A DNA stretch of 41,083 nucleotides from assembly GCA_040373665.1 (NCBI GenBank), contig JBEICA010000003.1, positions 1-41,083 on the forward strand. The letters are read 5' to 3'. Each line of letters starts with the position of its first letter. Position 1 is the stretch's first letter. The notes below the pieces were generated by a model, which did not search any database, was not told where the DNA came from, and was given only the letters and a program-made list of their open reading frames with translations. Both the position numbers and the translations under genes were made by a program. The stretch comes from Burkholderiales bacterium (GTDB lineage: Bacteria; Pseudomonadota; Gammaproteobacteria; Burkholderiales; Ga0077523). Below are positions 29,222-39,300 of the stretch, one piece after another.

Positions 29222-30660
29222 GTGGATTCGACCGTGCACTGGTGTGGTTCCGGCGCGACCTCCGTGCCGAGGATCATGCCGCCCTGCATCACGCCCTGCG
29301 TCAGGCGCGGGCGGTGCACTGCGTGTTTGTTTTCGACACGGCGATCCTGGATGCGCTGGAGTCACGCGAGGACCGGCGTGTCGAGTTCATCTGGCACGCG
29401 GTGGCGGAACTGGCGGCGACTCTCGGGGCTCTGGGCGGTGCTCTGCACGTGCTCCACGGCGCGGCCGGAGATGTGCTGCCCGCACTGGCCAGCCGTCTCG
29501 GCGTGGACGCAGTGTTCGCCAACCACGACTACGAGCCCCAGGCGATCGCGCGCGATGCCGCGGTGGCCCAGGCGCTCGCCCGGGACGGCCGCCGTCTGGT
29601 CACATTCAGGGACCAGTGCATCTTCGAGAAGGACGAGATCCTCACACAGGCCGGGCGGCCCTTCACGGTGTTCACGCCCTACCGCAACGCGTGGCTGCGG
29701 GCACTGACGCCGGAGCGTCTGCAGCCTCACCCGGTGGCGCCCCATGCCGGCTCCCTGGTGCGCGGCGACGGATCGCCCCTGCCCACGCTCGAGGCGCTCG
29801 GCTTCCGGACAACCAATCTGACGCAATTGCGCCTGCCGCTCGGGGCGTCGGGCGCGCGTGGCCTGGTGCAGGATTTCGCCGGTCGCATGGACCACTATCG
29901 CGAGCGCCGCGACTTCCCGGCGGTGCGCGGCCCCTCCTACCTGTCGGCACACCTGCGCTTCGGGACGGTGTCGATCCGGGAATTGGCCGCGCTGGCCCAT
30001 GGGCGCACCTCCGAGGGGGCGCAGGGCTGGCTGTCGGAACTGATCTGGCGCGAGTTCTATTTCCAGATCCTGTGGCACTTCCCGCACGTGGTGGAGCGAA
30101 GTTTCAAGCCGGAGTTCGACGCTCTCGCCTTCGAGAATCGCCACGATCTGTTCGCCGCGTGGTGCGAGGCGCGAACCGGCTATCCGCTGGTGGATGCCGC
30201 CATGCGCCAGCTCAACACGACCGGCTACATGCACAACCGTCTGCGCATGGTCGCGGCGTCTTTCCTGGTCAAGCATCTGCGCGTGGACTGGCGTTGGGGA
30301 GAGCGCTATTTCGCCGCGCACCTGAACGATTTCGACCTCGCGGCCAACAACGGAGGCTGGCAGTGGGCGGCCTCGACCGGCTGCGATGCCCAGCCCTACT
30401 TCCGCATCTTCAACCCGATCACGCAGTCGGAGAAGTTCGACGCTGCGGGCCGCTTCATCCGCCAGTACGTACCCGAACTCGCCGCAGTCCCGGATCGCTA
30501 CATCCATGCGCCCTGGACCATGCCGCCGCTGGAACGCCAGGCGGCGCGTTTCGAGCCGGGACGGGACTATCCTGCACCGGTGGTGGATCACGCCACCGCG
30601 CGAGAGGCGGCGTTGCGGATGTACGGTGCCGTCAGGGAGGGGCGCTCAGGGCCGGCATGA
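29218..30660 (+). CDS. phrB: Deoxyribodipyrimidine (CPD) photolyase
   Basis: WFRRDLR, SYLSAHLRFG, ELIWREFY, TGYPLVDA, MHNRLRM, NNGGWQW and YFRIFNP motifs. Confidence 0.95.
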   Translation: MSGFDRALVWFRRDLRAEDHAALHHALRQARAVHCVFVFDTAILDALESREDRRVEFIWHAVAELAATLGALGGALHVLHGAAGDVLPALASRLGVDAVFANHDYEPQAIARDAAVAQALARDGRRLVTFRDQCIFEKDEILTQAGRPFTVFTPYRNAWLRALTPERLQPHPVAPHAGSLVRGDGSPLPTLEALGFRTTNLTQLRLPLGASGARGLVQDFAGRMDHYRERRDFPAVRGPSYLSAHLRFGTVSIRELAALAHGRTSEGAQGWLSELIWREFYFQILWHFPHVVERSFKPEFDALAFENRHDLFAAWCEARTGYPLVDAAMRQLNTTGYMHNRLRMVAASFLVKHLRVDWRWGERYFAAHLNDFDLAANNGGWQWAASTGCDAQPYFRIFNPITQSEKFDAAGRFIRQYVPELAAVPDRYIHAPWTMPPLERQAARFEPGRDYPAPVVDHATAREAALRMYGAVREGRSGPA

Positions 30661-30729
30661 GGCCGTCCCGCGCGGTGGCGCCGCCCCACCGCGGCCGCGT
30701 GATCCGGCCGGCGGCCTGCGCGGCCCGGC

Positions 30730-31830
30730 TCAGGTCGCGCAGTAGTCCTTCAATACCTCGGGATCCGGGTCCGCACCCAGGCCCGGACCGTCCGGGACGG
30801 CGATGTTGCCGTTCACCGGACGGCAGCGCTCGCCATAAAGTGGCGCCTCCAGGTCGAAGTAGCGCCACTCGACCAGAGGGTCGCGCTGGAACACCGCGCT
30901 GCAGTGCAGGCCGGCGAGCAATCCCGGGCCGTCGTAGAAGGTGTGGGGCACCACCCGCGCGTTGTGGAAGGCTGCCAGGGCGAACACCTGTCGCAGGGTG
31001 CTGATGCCGCCGCTTTTGGCCGGACTGGGCTGGAGGATGTCCACGGCACCGGCCTTCAGCAGGTCGCCGAACTGATGCAGGGTGGCGGCGTTCTCGCCAG
31101 CCGCGATCGGGATGCCGCACTCGCGTCGCATGCGCGCCAGCGCCGCGGCATCCTCGGGCGGCCACACCGGTTCCTCGAGCCAGTGCGGGTCGACCTCGCG
31201 CAGCTGGCGCGCGAGCGCCAGCGCCTCGCCCAGGGTCCAGGGGCAGTTCACGTCCAGCATCAGCCGGGTCTGCGGTCCCGCCGCAGCGCGGGCCGCACGG
31301 ATGCAGTCCAGATCGATCTCGTGCAGCTTGATGCCCTCGAAGCCGTCGCGACGGGCACGCTCGACATTGCGCGCCACGACGTCCGGCGTGGCGTAGCGGA
31401 TCAGGCTGGCGTAGCAGGGCATGGTGTCGTGCGCGCTACCGCCGAGCAGGCGGTGCAGCGGCTGGCCGGCCGCCTTGCCCGCGATGTCCCACAGCGCGAT
31501 GTCGAGGCCGGACAGGGCATAGATGACCGGGCCGCCGCGGCCGAAGATGTGGAGTTTTTCCTCCAGGGCCCGCATCGTGGCCTCGGGCGACAAGGCGCTG
31601 GTGCCCACCACCAGCGGGGCGATGATCCGCTCCAGCACTGCCTGGGTCGCCGGGATGACGTTGTAGCCGAAGGCCTCGCCCCAGCCGACGATGCCCTGGT
31701 CGGTCTCGACCCGCACCAGCAGGGCGTCAGCGGTGGTCCAGGCGCGCCCACCCCCGGCCGAGGCCTGGTCGGAGCCGCCGGTGGAGTAGGGGATGCTGAG
31801 CACGATGGTGTCCAGCCTGGCGATCTTCAT
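30730..31830 (-). CDS. Mandelate racemase/muconate lactonizing enzyme family protein
   Basis: GWGEA, GLDIALWDIAGK, KLH, LDVN, EEP, GEN and PDGPGLG motifs; AGGAGG SD upstream. Confidence 0.92.
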   Translation of the reverse strand: MKIARLDTIVLSIPYSTGGSDQASAGGGRAWTTADALLVRVETDQGIVGWGEAFGYNVIPATQAVLERIIAPLVVGTSALSPEATMRALEEKLHIFGRGGPVIYALSGLDIALWDIAGKAAGQPLHRLLGGSAHDTMPCYASLIRYATPDVVARNVERARRDGFEGIKLHEIDLDCIRAARAAAGPQTRLMLDVNCPWTLGEALALARQLREVDPHWLEEPVWPPEDAAALARMRRECGIPIAAGENAATLHQFGDLLKAGAVDILQPSPAKSGGISTLRQVFALAAFHNARVVPHTFYDGPGLLAGLHCSAVFQRDPLVEWRYFDLEAPLYGERCRPVNGNIAVPDGPGLGADPDPEVLKDYCAT

Positions 31831-31845
31831 TTCCAATGAGCCTCC

Positions 31846-32730
31846 TCAGTACATGAATCCGGTGACCAGCCGGAATGCCAGGAAGTCCTGGCCACCCCGG
31901 AAGGCGATGCCGATGCGGTCCAGCGTGAACCCGAACACCTCCGCCGGCAGATAGGTGCCGAAGGTGAACGCCAGTTCGTACTGCTGGGTCACCATGCGCC
32001 TCCGGTCCTCGGAGAGCGCGAAAGCGAGATGATCGAAATAAAGGTAATGCACGAAATGCACACCGAAATTGGAGGCCCGGTTCATCAGCAGCCCCCCGGT
32101 GGGGATGATGAAGTTCAGTCCGGTGGACAGCACGCCGAAGTTCTGGCTCATGCCGTCCTGGGCGACGTTGCCGGCGTAGAGCAGGGCGTTGCCGAGGATG
32201 AAGTCCACGCGCTCGAAGGAATGGCGCCAGGCGCTGCGCGTACCGACCTCGTACAGCGTCGACCGGTTGCCGCGCACGACGTCCTGGGCATAACCCACCG
32301 AAGCGGTCGGTTTGAGCACCCAGTTGCGGGCAACCTCGCGTTCCAGCTCGATCCCCGGCATGACGGCGAGGGTGGCGAAGTTGCGGTCGAGCACGTCGTT
32401 GACCGGGTTGTCCAGGTTGTAGAGCCCGACCGAGACCGGCAGCTTCAGGCGGACGCCCCAGCGATCCTCATCCGGCTGCCGCAGCGTGCGGCCGAAGGGC
32501 AGGCGCGCCACGGTGACGGTGCGGTCGCCGAAGCGGTAGACCCCGGTACCCAGGGTGGTCGCGAAGTACCAGTCGGTATCGGCGATGGTGTCGTTCGCGC
32601 GCAGATCGGGCGCGAGCAGCGCCGCGGTGGCTGCGAGGAACAGTCCGCACCAGCCGCTGGCGCGGGAGCGCCGGCCTGCGGGCGCGACGTGCCGGTCACG
32701 GGAAACCCGGAGGCCGGAGGGTCCGGTCAC
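31846..32730 (-). CDS. Hypothetical, probable outer-membrane beta-barrel
   Basis: Signal-like segment, alternating beta-strand pattern, terminal aromatic strand FRLVTGFMY. Confidence 0.65.
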   Translation of the reverse strand: MTGPSGLRVSRDRHVAPAGRRSRASGWCGLFLAATAALLAPDLRANDTIADTDWYFATTLGTGVYRFGDRTVTVARLPFGRTLRQPDEDRWGVRLKLPVSVGLYNLDNPVNDVLDRNFATLAVMPGIELEREVARNWVLKPTASVGYAQDVVRGNRSTLYEVGTRSAWRHSFERVDFILGNALLYAGNVAQDGMSQNFGVLSTGLNFIIPTGGLLMNRASNFGVHFVHYLYFDHLAFALSEDRRRMVTQQYELAFTFGTYLPAEVFGFTLDRIGIAFRGGQDFLAFRLVTGFMY

Positions 32731-34151
32731 AGAGAGGATACGAAGCGCAGCAGCGCTTCCCGATCGATGCGTGAAAGGGCGCTGAAACGGGCGCGTACGG
32801 CCTCCGCCTCACCACCATGCCAGGCCACGGCCTCCTCGATGTCCCGCGCCCGGCCATCGTGCAGCAGGCGGGCGTTGCCGTTGACCGCTGCAGACAGACC
32901 GATCCCCCACAGCGGCGGGGTGCGCCACTCCGTGGCGCCGGCGGCGAACTCCGGCCGCCCGTCCGCCAGTCCGGGGCCCATGTCGTGCAGCAGCAGGTCG
33001 GTGTAGGGGTGGATCACCCGCCCCGCGGCGCCGGCCACGGTGGCCTCCGAGTCCAGTGTCCAGGCAGGCACGTGACACGCGGCGCAGCCGACGGCACGGA
33101 ACAGGAGCTCGCCGCGCAGCACACGGGGATCGTAACGATACCGCGCCGCCGGTGGTGCGAGGTGGCGCAGGTAGGTCACCAGGGCCTCGAGGTGGGCACG
33201 ACCGGCCTCCGGAGCGCCGCCGCTGGGTGCCGCGGCGCAGGCGGTCTGGACCGACGGGCAGTTCTCCCGCGGATGCAGGTCGGTGGTCACACCGAGGTCC
33301 TCGTGGAACGCCTTGGCCACCTGTTGCGTGAGTCCCGCCTGACCGGCCTTCCAGCCGAAGCGACCGACCCGAAGCTCCCCGCTGGCGGGGTCCGGGACGC
33401 GGTTGATCCGTCCTCCCGCCGCGGCTGCCGCCAGCAGGGCGGATTCCGGGATGCTCTCCAGCAGCCCCATGCCCACCAGAGGCGGCGCCACGCGCATCGA
33501 CATCAGGGTCTGGTCACCGACCGGGCCGAAGGACAGTCGTCGCAGCCGCAGGACGGGTGCGCGCAGCTCGACCGTCTCGCCGTCGGCGTAGCGCTGTATC
33601 GACGTCACCCATTCGACCTGGAATGCCCCCTCGGCCGGCACCTCGCCCAGGATGCCCTGCGTCTGCAACTGCAGGCCGTAGGCGGGGTGCGGGATGGGTG
33701 CACCGCTGCCGGGCAGCGACAGATGGAGCACGGTCGAGGTCGCGTCTTCGTCCGCCGACTCCGGAGGGGCGCCGCGGCCGTTGCCGGCGTGGCATTCGGC
33801 ACAGCTCTCCGCGTTGGAGGTCGGACCGCGGCTCCACAAGCCGAAGGGCGATGGCATGACTGCCCAGACCTGCTGCATGGCCTGCCGGCCCCTGGTGAAG
33901 CCCTCGCGCAACGACGTCTCCATCCCCGGCAGGGCCATGGCGTAGGCCGAGGCGCCGGTCTCGTCGTTGGTCGCGACCCCGGCAGGGCCGGGGTCGGCGG
34001 TGAGCGGTGTCACGCACGGCACAGTAGCCGCGAGCGCCGCTGCCGCCAGCACGCAGGCGGCCACGCGGCCGCTCGGAAGCCGGCCCCGGACCGGATCCCG
34101 GCCCGAGTCGGTCGGCAGCTCGTCATCGGGATCCTGGCGCTGTGCCCGCAT
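32727..34151 (-). CDS. Di-haem oxidoreductase family protein (DHOR/DUF1111)
   Basis: Two CxxCH (CAECH, CAACH), GRFGWKA, PYTDLLLHDMG, WRTPPLWGIG and LHDGRAR motifs. Confidence 0.92.
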   Translation of the reverse strand: MRAQRQDPDDELPTDSGRDPVRGRLPSGRVAACVLAAAALAATVPCVTPLTADPGPAGVATNDETGASAYAMALPGMETSLREGFTRGRQAMQQVWAVMPSPFGLWSRGPTSNAESCAECHAGNGRGAPPESADEDATSTVLHLSLPGSGAPIPHPAYGLQLQTQGILGEVPAEGAFQVEWVTSIQRYADGETVELRAPVLRLRRLSFGPVGDQTLMSMRVAPPLVGMGLLESIPESALLAAAAAGGRINRVPDPASGELRVGRFGWKAGQAGLTQQVAKAFHEDLGVTTDLHPRENCPSVQTACAAAPSGGAPEAGRAHLEALVTYLRHLAPPAARYRYDPRVLRGELLFRAVGCAACHVPAWTLDSEATVAGAAGRVIHPYTDLLLHDMGPGLADGRPEFAAGATEWRTPPLWGIGLSAAVNGNARLLHDGRARDIEEAVAWHGGEAEAVRARFSALSRIDREALLRFVSSL

Positions 34152-34158
34152 GCCGAGA

Positions 34159-34815
34159 TCAGGGGGGCGAGGGTGCCACGACGGCCAGTGGCACAGCCGC
34201 ACGGCCTGTCGCGCGCGCAGAAGGCGAGGTGGCCTGCAGCAACAGCCTGCGCCAGAGACCGGGGTCCGGCTCGGCGAGAAGCGTCTCTGCGTCCATGGGC
34301 AGCACATGCCACATGCCGCGGCGGATTTCCCGGTCGAGCTGCCCCTCGGACCAGCTGGCGTGTCCCGCGAAGAAGCGTCGCCGGTCTGCCGGATCGCGTC
34401 GCGCCACGATCTGTTCGAAGATGGTGCCGTCGCCGCTGAGATAGATGTCCGTCACCACAGGCAGGGCTTTGACCGGGTGCTCGGGCGCGCGGAACAGGAA
34501 CAGCAGGCCATCCGGCTCCACCGGCCCCCCCAGGCCGATCGGGTCGGCCAGCTCCGCCAGTTCGGGGCGGTCGGTCCCGAACAGGGCACCGAGAGTCAGT
34601 CCGGAGGGGCGGTTGAGCACCACGCCCATGGGGCCCGTGTCCTGGGGAAAGGCGACCGCGACGACCGTGCCGGCGAAACCCGAGTCGGTCATCTCCTGGC
34701 TCGCCACGAGAAGCACCGGAACGGCATCCGCCTCCACTCCGGCGGCCGCGTGGCCGCAGAAGAGCAGCGTCGCGGCAAGGGCCAGATGCCGGAACAGACG
34801 CGCCCCGGTACTCAA
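34159..34815 (-). CDS. YqgE/AlgH-family protein with N-terminal signal peptide
   Basis: FAGTVV, GVVLNRP, GGPV, FFAGHASWSEGQLDREI and W motifs. Confidence 0.88.
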   Translation of the reverse strand: MSTGARLFRHLALAATLLFCGHAAAGVEADAVPVLLVASQEMTDSGFAGTVVAVAFPQDTGPMGVVLNRPSGLTLGALFGTDRPELAELADPIGLGGPVEPDGLLFLFRAPEHPVKALPVVTDIYLSGDGTIFEQIVARRDPADRRRFFAGHASWSEGQLDREIRRGMWHVLPMDAETLLAEPDPGLWRRLLLQATSPSARATGRAAVPLAVVAPSPP

Positions 34816-36095
34816 CGGACGATGGCCTGGTAGACCAGCTGCCGCAGGGCGGTGCGGTATTGGGCGCGGCGCACCGGCTCGGTGGTCAGGAACACCACGG
34901 CAAGCCCCTCCTTCGGGTCGATCCAGAAATAGGTGCCGGCGTACCCACCCCAGAAATAGTCGCCCACGGAGCCGTTGTAGTCGGCCGCGCCGCGATCGGT
35001 GCGTACCGCGAATCCCAGTCCGAAGCCGTAACCCGGCCCCGGCAGAAAGGCACCTCCTGGCGCAATGCCGGCATGCATGTGGTTGGACGCCATGTACTCG
35101 ACCGTGCGCGGACCGAGCACGCGGCGTCCGTCGAGGGTGCCGCCTTCCAGCAGCATCTGGGCGAAGCGCAGGTAGTCGGCCGCCGTTCCCACCAGGCCGT
35201 GGCCGCCGGCGAAGAACCCCTGCGGCTGGGTGAAGTCGATGAGCTCGGGCGTCTTCCCCGTGACCGGATCGGGCTGCGGCTGGGCGAGGCGCGCGACGTG
35301 GGCAGCGGACAGGCTGAACGCAGTGTCGCGCATGGCGACCGGGGCGAAGATCCGTTCCTGGAATACGTGGTCGAGCGTCTTGCCCGCCGCCACTTCCACC
35401 ACCCGGCCGAGGACGTCGGTGGAGTGGCCGTACTCCCAGGCGGTACCGGGCTCGTGCGCCAGAGGCAGTTTCGCCAGGGCCCGAGCAAAGTCGGCAAGCA
35501 CCCAGCCCTGCGACCAGATGCCTGCCTCCTGGTACATGCGCTGGATGTGCGTGCGCGTCGACAAGGGCGGTCCGTAGGTGAAGCCGGCGGTGTGCCTCAT
35601 CAGGTCGCCCACGGTCATGGCGCGTTTCGCCGGCGCGGTGGAGAAGGTCGCGCCACCGGTGCGCGGGTCGAACGATTCCGTGCCCACACGCATGTCCTTG
35701 AACTCGGGGATGTAGCGGTGAACCGGATCGTTGAGCGCCAGACGCCCCTCCTCGACCAGCGTCATGGCGGCCACGGTGGTGACCGGCTTGGTCATGGAGT
35801 AGAGGCGGAAGATGCTGTCCTCCCGCAACGGATCGCCGGCTGCGGCGTCTCGCATGCCCTGGGTGGTGACGTAGGCCAACCGGCCATGGCGCGCCACCAT
35901 GACGACCGCTCCAGGCAGTTCCTTGCGATCGATCCAGTTCCTGACGTTGTCCGCGATCAGCCGCAGTCGTTCCTCAGACAGCCCGACCTCTCCCGGAGCG
36001 GCGACCGGCAGGGGCGTTGCAGCGAATGCCGGAGCCAGCATTGCGGTGGCGAGGATGAACCACAGGGCGGCCAGCACCCGGCGCAGGATTTCCAT
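34812..36095 (-). CDS. Secreted serine hydrolase, beta-lactamase-related (class C/EstB-like)
   Basis: SMTK nucleophile motif, LMRHTAG, PGTAWEY and WGGYAGTYFWIDP; signal peptide. Confidence 0.92.
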   Translation of the reverse strand: MEILRRVLAALWFILATAMLAPAFAATPLPVAAPGEVGLSEERLRLIADNVRNWIDRKELPGAVVMVARHGRLAYVTTQGMRDAAAGDPLREDSIFRLYSMTKPVTTVAAMTLVEEGRLALNDPVHRYIPEFKDMRVGTESFDPRTGGATFSTAPAKRAMTVGDLMRHTAGFTYGPPLSTRTHIQRMYQEAGIWSQGWVLADFARALAKLPLAHEPGTAWEYGHSTDVLGRVVEVAAGKTLDHVFQERIFAPVAMRDTAFSLSAAHVARLAQPQPDPVTGKTPELIDFTQPQGFFAGGHGLVGTAADYLRFAQMLLEGGTLDGRRVLGPRTVEYMASNHMHAGIAPGGAFLPGPGYGFGLGFAVRTDRGAADYNGSVGDYFWGGYAGTYFWIDPKEGLAVVFLTTEPVRRAQYRTALRQLVYQAIVR

Positions 36096-36394
36096 CGGAC
36101 CCTCCATTGGCAGACGAGCAGGATTATCGCCTCGTACCGGGATCGCGGCTATCATGCGACGATCCGGTCATGTGCCGCTCGAGTTGACCTCATGCTGGAC
36201 TTCATCGCCGAACAACGCTGCCGTGAAGCGGGGCAACCGGGAGAGCGCGATCCTCTCCCACGCGTCATCGAGCCGCCGCATGCGGGGAGACCCATGAATG
36301 CGATGCGGTCCGCCTGCGGCGCCGGGCAGGCAGACGGCGAGGGCGCGACCGGCGTGTCGTCTTCACCCCCCCCGTCATCCCTGGTGCGTGCGCC

Positions 36395-37117
36395 ATGGTG
36401 AGGCCGTTCCCGCGCGTGGTTCCGATGGGCGATCGTGCCCTCGTGGTCGAACTCGCGGCCACGGCGGACCCGGAGGTGAATCTCCGCGCGCTGGCGCTGG
36501 CCGAAACCCTGCGCGCCGATCCGCCTCCCGGCGTCACGGATGTGGTGCCCTGCACCGCCAGCGTCACCGTCCACTACGATCCACTGCGCTCCTGCGAGCT
36601 GTTGCACAGCGCTGCGCCGGCCACCACCCTGGCCGGGTTGCTGCAGGCCGCCTGTGCCGCTGCGCCGGCGACGGTGCGCCGCCGCGCGCGCATGGTGGAA
36701 CTGCCGGTGAGTTACGGCGGCGAGCACGGTCCCGATCTGGAGGAGGTGGCGCGCCATTGCGGGCTCGATGCGGGCGAGGTGGTGCGTCTGCACGCTGCGG
36801 GGGTGTATCGCGTCTGCATGCTGGGTTTCGTGCCGGGGTTTGGCTACCTCGGCGGTCTGGATCCGCGCCTCGGGATTCCGCGGCGGGCGAGTCCGCGCAA
36901 GCGGGTTCCGGCGGGCAGCGTCGGCATCGGCGGCCAACAGACCGGGGTCTATCCGCTCGACACGCCAGGTGGGTGGAACATCATCGGCCGGACGCCCCGG
37001 CCCATGGTGGACTTCACGAACGCCGACGCGCCGACCCTGCTGGTGCCCGGCGACCGCGTCCGTTTCGTGCCCGTCGATGCCGCAGAGTTCGCGCGCCTCG
37101 CGGCGTCGCGGCCATGA
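36395..37117 (+). CDS. pxpB: 5-oxoprolinase subunit B
   Basis: [30 protein letters not shown] and [11 protein letters not shown] motifs. Confidence 0.93.
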   Translation: MVRPFPRVVPMGDRALVVELAATADPEVNLRALALAETLRADPPPGVTDVVPCTASVTVHYDPLRSCELLHSAAPATTLAGLLQAACAAAPATVRRRARMVELPVSYGGEHGPDLEEVARHCGLDAGEVVRLHAAGVYRVCMLGFVPGFGYLGGLDPRLGIPRRASPRKRVPAGSVGIGGQQTGVYPLDTPGGWNIIGRTPRPMVDFTNADAPTLLVPGDRVRFVPVDAAEFARLAASRP

Positions 37118-38118
37118 GTCTCCACGTCGAGCGTCCCGGACTGCTCAGCACGCTGCAGGACCTCGGCCGGGCCGGGCTGCAGCACCTCGGCGTGCCCGTG
37201 AACGGCGTGATGGATGAGGTCGCGCACCGTCTGGCCAACCTTCTGGTGGGCAACGACGAAGGCGAGGCAACCCTGGAGATGACCCTCACCGGGCCGCGGC
37301 TGCGGTTCGGTGAGGACGCCGTGATCGCCGTCTGCGGCGCTGACATGGAGGCCCGCGTCGGAGCGCAACGCCTGCCCGGGTGGCGACCGGTGCGTGTACC
37401 TCGGGGCACGGTGCTGGATTTCGGGCGCGCGGCCCAGGGGGCGCGGACCTACCTCTCGGTGGCTGGCGGTTTCGACGTCCCGCCGGTTTTCGGAAGTCGC
37501 TCGACGGCACTCATGGGCGGCTATGGCGGATATCGCGGGCGGGCCCTGAGGAAGGGCGACGTGCTGCCACTGCGGACGCCTGAACATGCCCACACGTCGC
37601 GCTGGGTCCGGTTGCTGGCGCGCGTCGGGCAGGGGCTCGCGCATCCCAATTGGTCCGTCAGCCGGGCGGGCATGCCCTATCCGCAGTGCCCGCAGACGGT
37701 GCGCCTGGTGCCGGGTCTTCACCACGAGAGCTTTTCGGAGGGCGCCCGGGTGCAGCTGACCCAGGCCCTGTACCGGGTCGCGAGGGACTCGAATCGCATG
37801 GGCTACCGTCTCGAGGGGGCACCCCTGCCCGGCGTCCAGGGAGGGGACGGTCTGTCCGAGGGCATGGTCATGGGAGCGATCCAGGTTCCTCCCGACGGCA
37901 ACCCGATCGTGCTGATGGCGGACCGGCAGACGGCCGGCGGATATCCGGTGATCGCCGTCGTCTCGCACGCGGACCTGCCTGTGTTGGGTCAGGTCGCGCC
38001 CGGGGACGACGTGCAGTTCCGTTTCATTTCGCTGGAGGAGAGCCACGGCGCCTCGGCGCAGCGCGAATTCCTCCTCGGGCGCATCCGGCAGGCGCTGTCG
38101 GCGAGACTGGGAAGTTGA
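37114..38118 (+). CDS. pxpC: 5-oxoprolinase subunit C
   Basis: [34 protein letters not shown] and DRQTAGGYP motifs. Confidence 0.93.
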   Translation: MSLHVERPGLLSTLQDLGRAGLQHLGVPVNGVMDEVAHRLANLLVGNDEGEATLEMTLTGPRLRFGEDAVIAVCGADMEARVGAQRLPGWRPVRVPRGTVLDFGRAAQGARTYLSVAGGFDVPPVFGSRSTALMGGYGGYRGRALRKGDVLPLRTPEHAHTSRWVRLLARVGQGLAHPNWSVSRAGMPYPQCPQTVRLVPGLHHESFSEGARVQLTQALYRVARDSNRMGYRLEGAPLPGVQGGDGLSEGMVMGAIQVPPDGNPIVLMADRQTAGGYPVIAVVSHADLPVLGQVAPGDDVQFRFISLEESHGASAQREFLLGRIRQALSARLGS

Positions 38119-38129
38119 AGGAGGCGAGG

Positions 38130-38891
38130 GTGAAGGTCATCGACATCAATGCCGACCTCGGTGAGGGTTTCGGCGCGTGGAGCATGGGCGACGACGAGGC
38201 GATGCTGCGTGTCGTCTCGTCCGCCAACATCGCATGCGGATTCCACGCGGGCGATCCGGGCATCATGCGGCGCACCACCGAGCGGGCGGCAGGTCTCGGC
38301 GTGGCGTTGGGCGCGCACCCGTCACTTCCCGATCTCGCCGGCTTCGGGCGCCGTGCCATGGCAGTCACGGCCGGGCAGGTCCACGACATGGTGCTCTATC
38401 AGGTCGCCGCCCTGGCCGCGTTCGCCCGGCGGGCCGGTTCGACGCTCAGGCACGTAAAGCCGCATGGGGCCTTGTACAACATGGCTGCAGTGGATCTTTC
38501 CCTCGCCAGTGCGATCGCCGACGCGGTGCGGGACTTCGATCCGCGGCTCATGCTCTACGGACTGGCCGGCAGCCAGCTGCTGGAGGCCGGGCGGCGGGCG
38601 GGTCTGACCGTCGTGTCCGAGGTCTTCGCGGACCGGGGCTACCGTGCCGACGGCACGCTCGTGCCACGTTCCGAGCCGGGTGCGCTCCTGCACGACCCCG
38701 GGCAGGTGTCCGCCAGGGCAGTGGCAATGGTGCGCGACGGCGGCGTGGAGAGTGTCGAAGGGGCCTGGGTGCCGCTGGACGTCGAGACCATCTGCGTGCA
38801 CGGTGATTCGCCAGGCGCTGTCGGGCTCGCCCTGGCCCTGCGCGCCGCCCTGGTGTCCGCCGGTTTCGCGGTCCTCGCGCCTGGCGCCTGA
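38130..38891 (+). CDS. pxpA: 5-oxoprolinase subunit A (LamB/YcsF family)
   Basis: DINADLGE, ANIACGFHAGD, HVKPHGALYN, EVFADRGY and TICVHGD motifs. Confidence 0.95.
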   Translation: MKVIDINADLGEGFGAWSMGDDEAMLRVVSSANIACGFHAGDPGIMRRTTERAAGLGVALGAHPSLPDLAGFGRRAMAVTAGQVHDMVLYQVAALAAFARRAGSTLRHVKPHGALYNMAAVDLSLASAIADAVRDFDPRLMLYGLAGSQLLEAGRRAGLTVVSEVFADRGYRADGTLVPRSEPGALLHDPGQVSARAVAMVRDGGVESVEGAWVPLDVETICVHGDSPGAVGLALALRAALVSAGFAVLAPGA

Positions 38892-38895
38892 TCCC

Positions 38896-39300
38896 ATGTG
38901 GGTGCGCATCGTCCTGCGCCTGGTCGGCTGGCTGCTGGGGTGTGCCGGCATCCTGACCACTCCAGGGGCCCTCGCGCAATGGCGCATCGGCCGCTGGTCC
39001 GATTGTTTTTCCTGGAAGGAAGACACCTCGCCCACCGTGCGGAAGACCGGGACCCTGACTCAGCTGTCCGTGGACTACACCGTGCCGCGCGAGTCCGGTC
39101 TGATCTTTGGCTACCGTGGCCGACTTGACGGGGGCTGGGTGGATTACGAGGGGTCGACCCGCTTTCCTCCGATTCAGCCTGTCACCGGCACCACCCTCCA
39201 TGCCGGTACCGTGCAGGAGGCTCGGATGCGCTGGCGGGTGCAGGTCGGAACCAGATTGCCGTTCCCTGTCCACGAGAATGCCCACCTGACACGTCCATGA
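38896..39300 (+). CDS. Short exported beta-rich protein; possibly truncated outer-membrane barrel
   Basis: Signal peptide ending ALA, then amphipathic strands (FGYRGRLDGGWVDYEG); only 134 aa. Confidence 0.5.
   Translation: MWVRIVLRLVGWLLGCAGILTTPGALAQWRIGRWSDCFSWKEDTSPTVRKTGTLTQLSVDYTVPRESGLIFGYRGRLDGGWVDYEGSTRFPPIQPVTGTTLHAGTVQEARMRWRVQVGTRLPFPVHENAHLTRP

Noticed and set aside
19013-30660. Mobile genomic island carrying the light locus
   Set aside because: No integrase, transposase, tRNA, flanking direct repeat or evident compositional shift was seen.
34812-36095. Beta-lactam resistance gene
   Set aside because: WGG-type motif and overall pattern fit family VIII esterase-like hydrolases; resistance cannot be inferred.
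36170-36401. Short ORF resembling a LysR C-terminal remnant (RVDLMLDFIAEQ) plus a GGGAGAG/CTCTCCC hairpin
   Set aside because: Similarity is too short to support; more likely a divergent promoter region.
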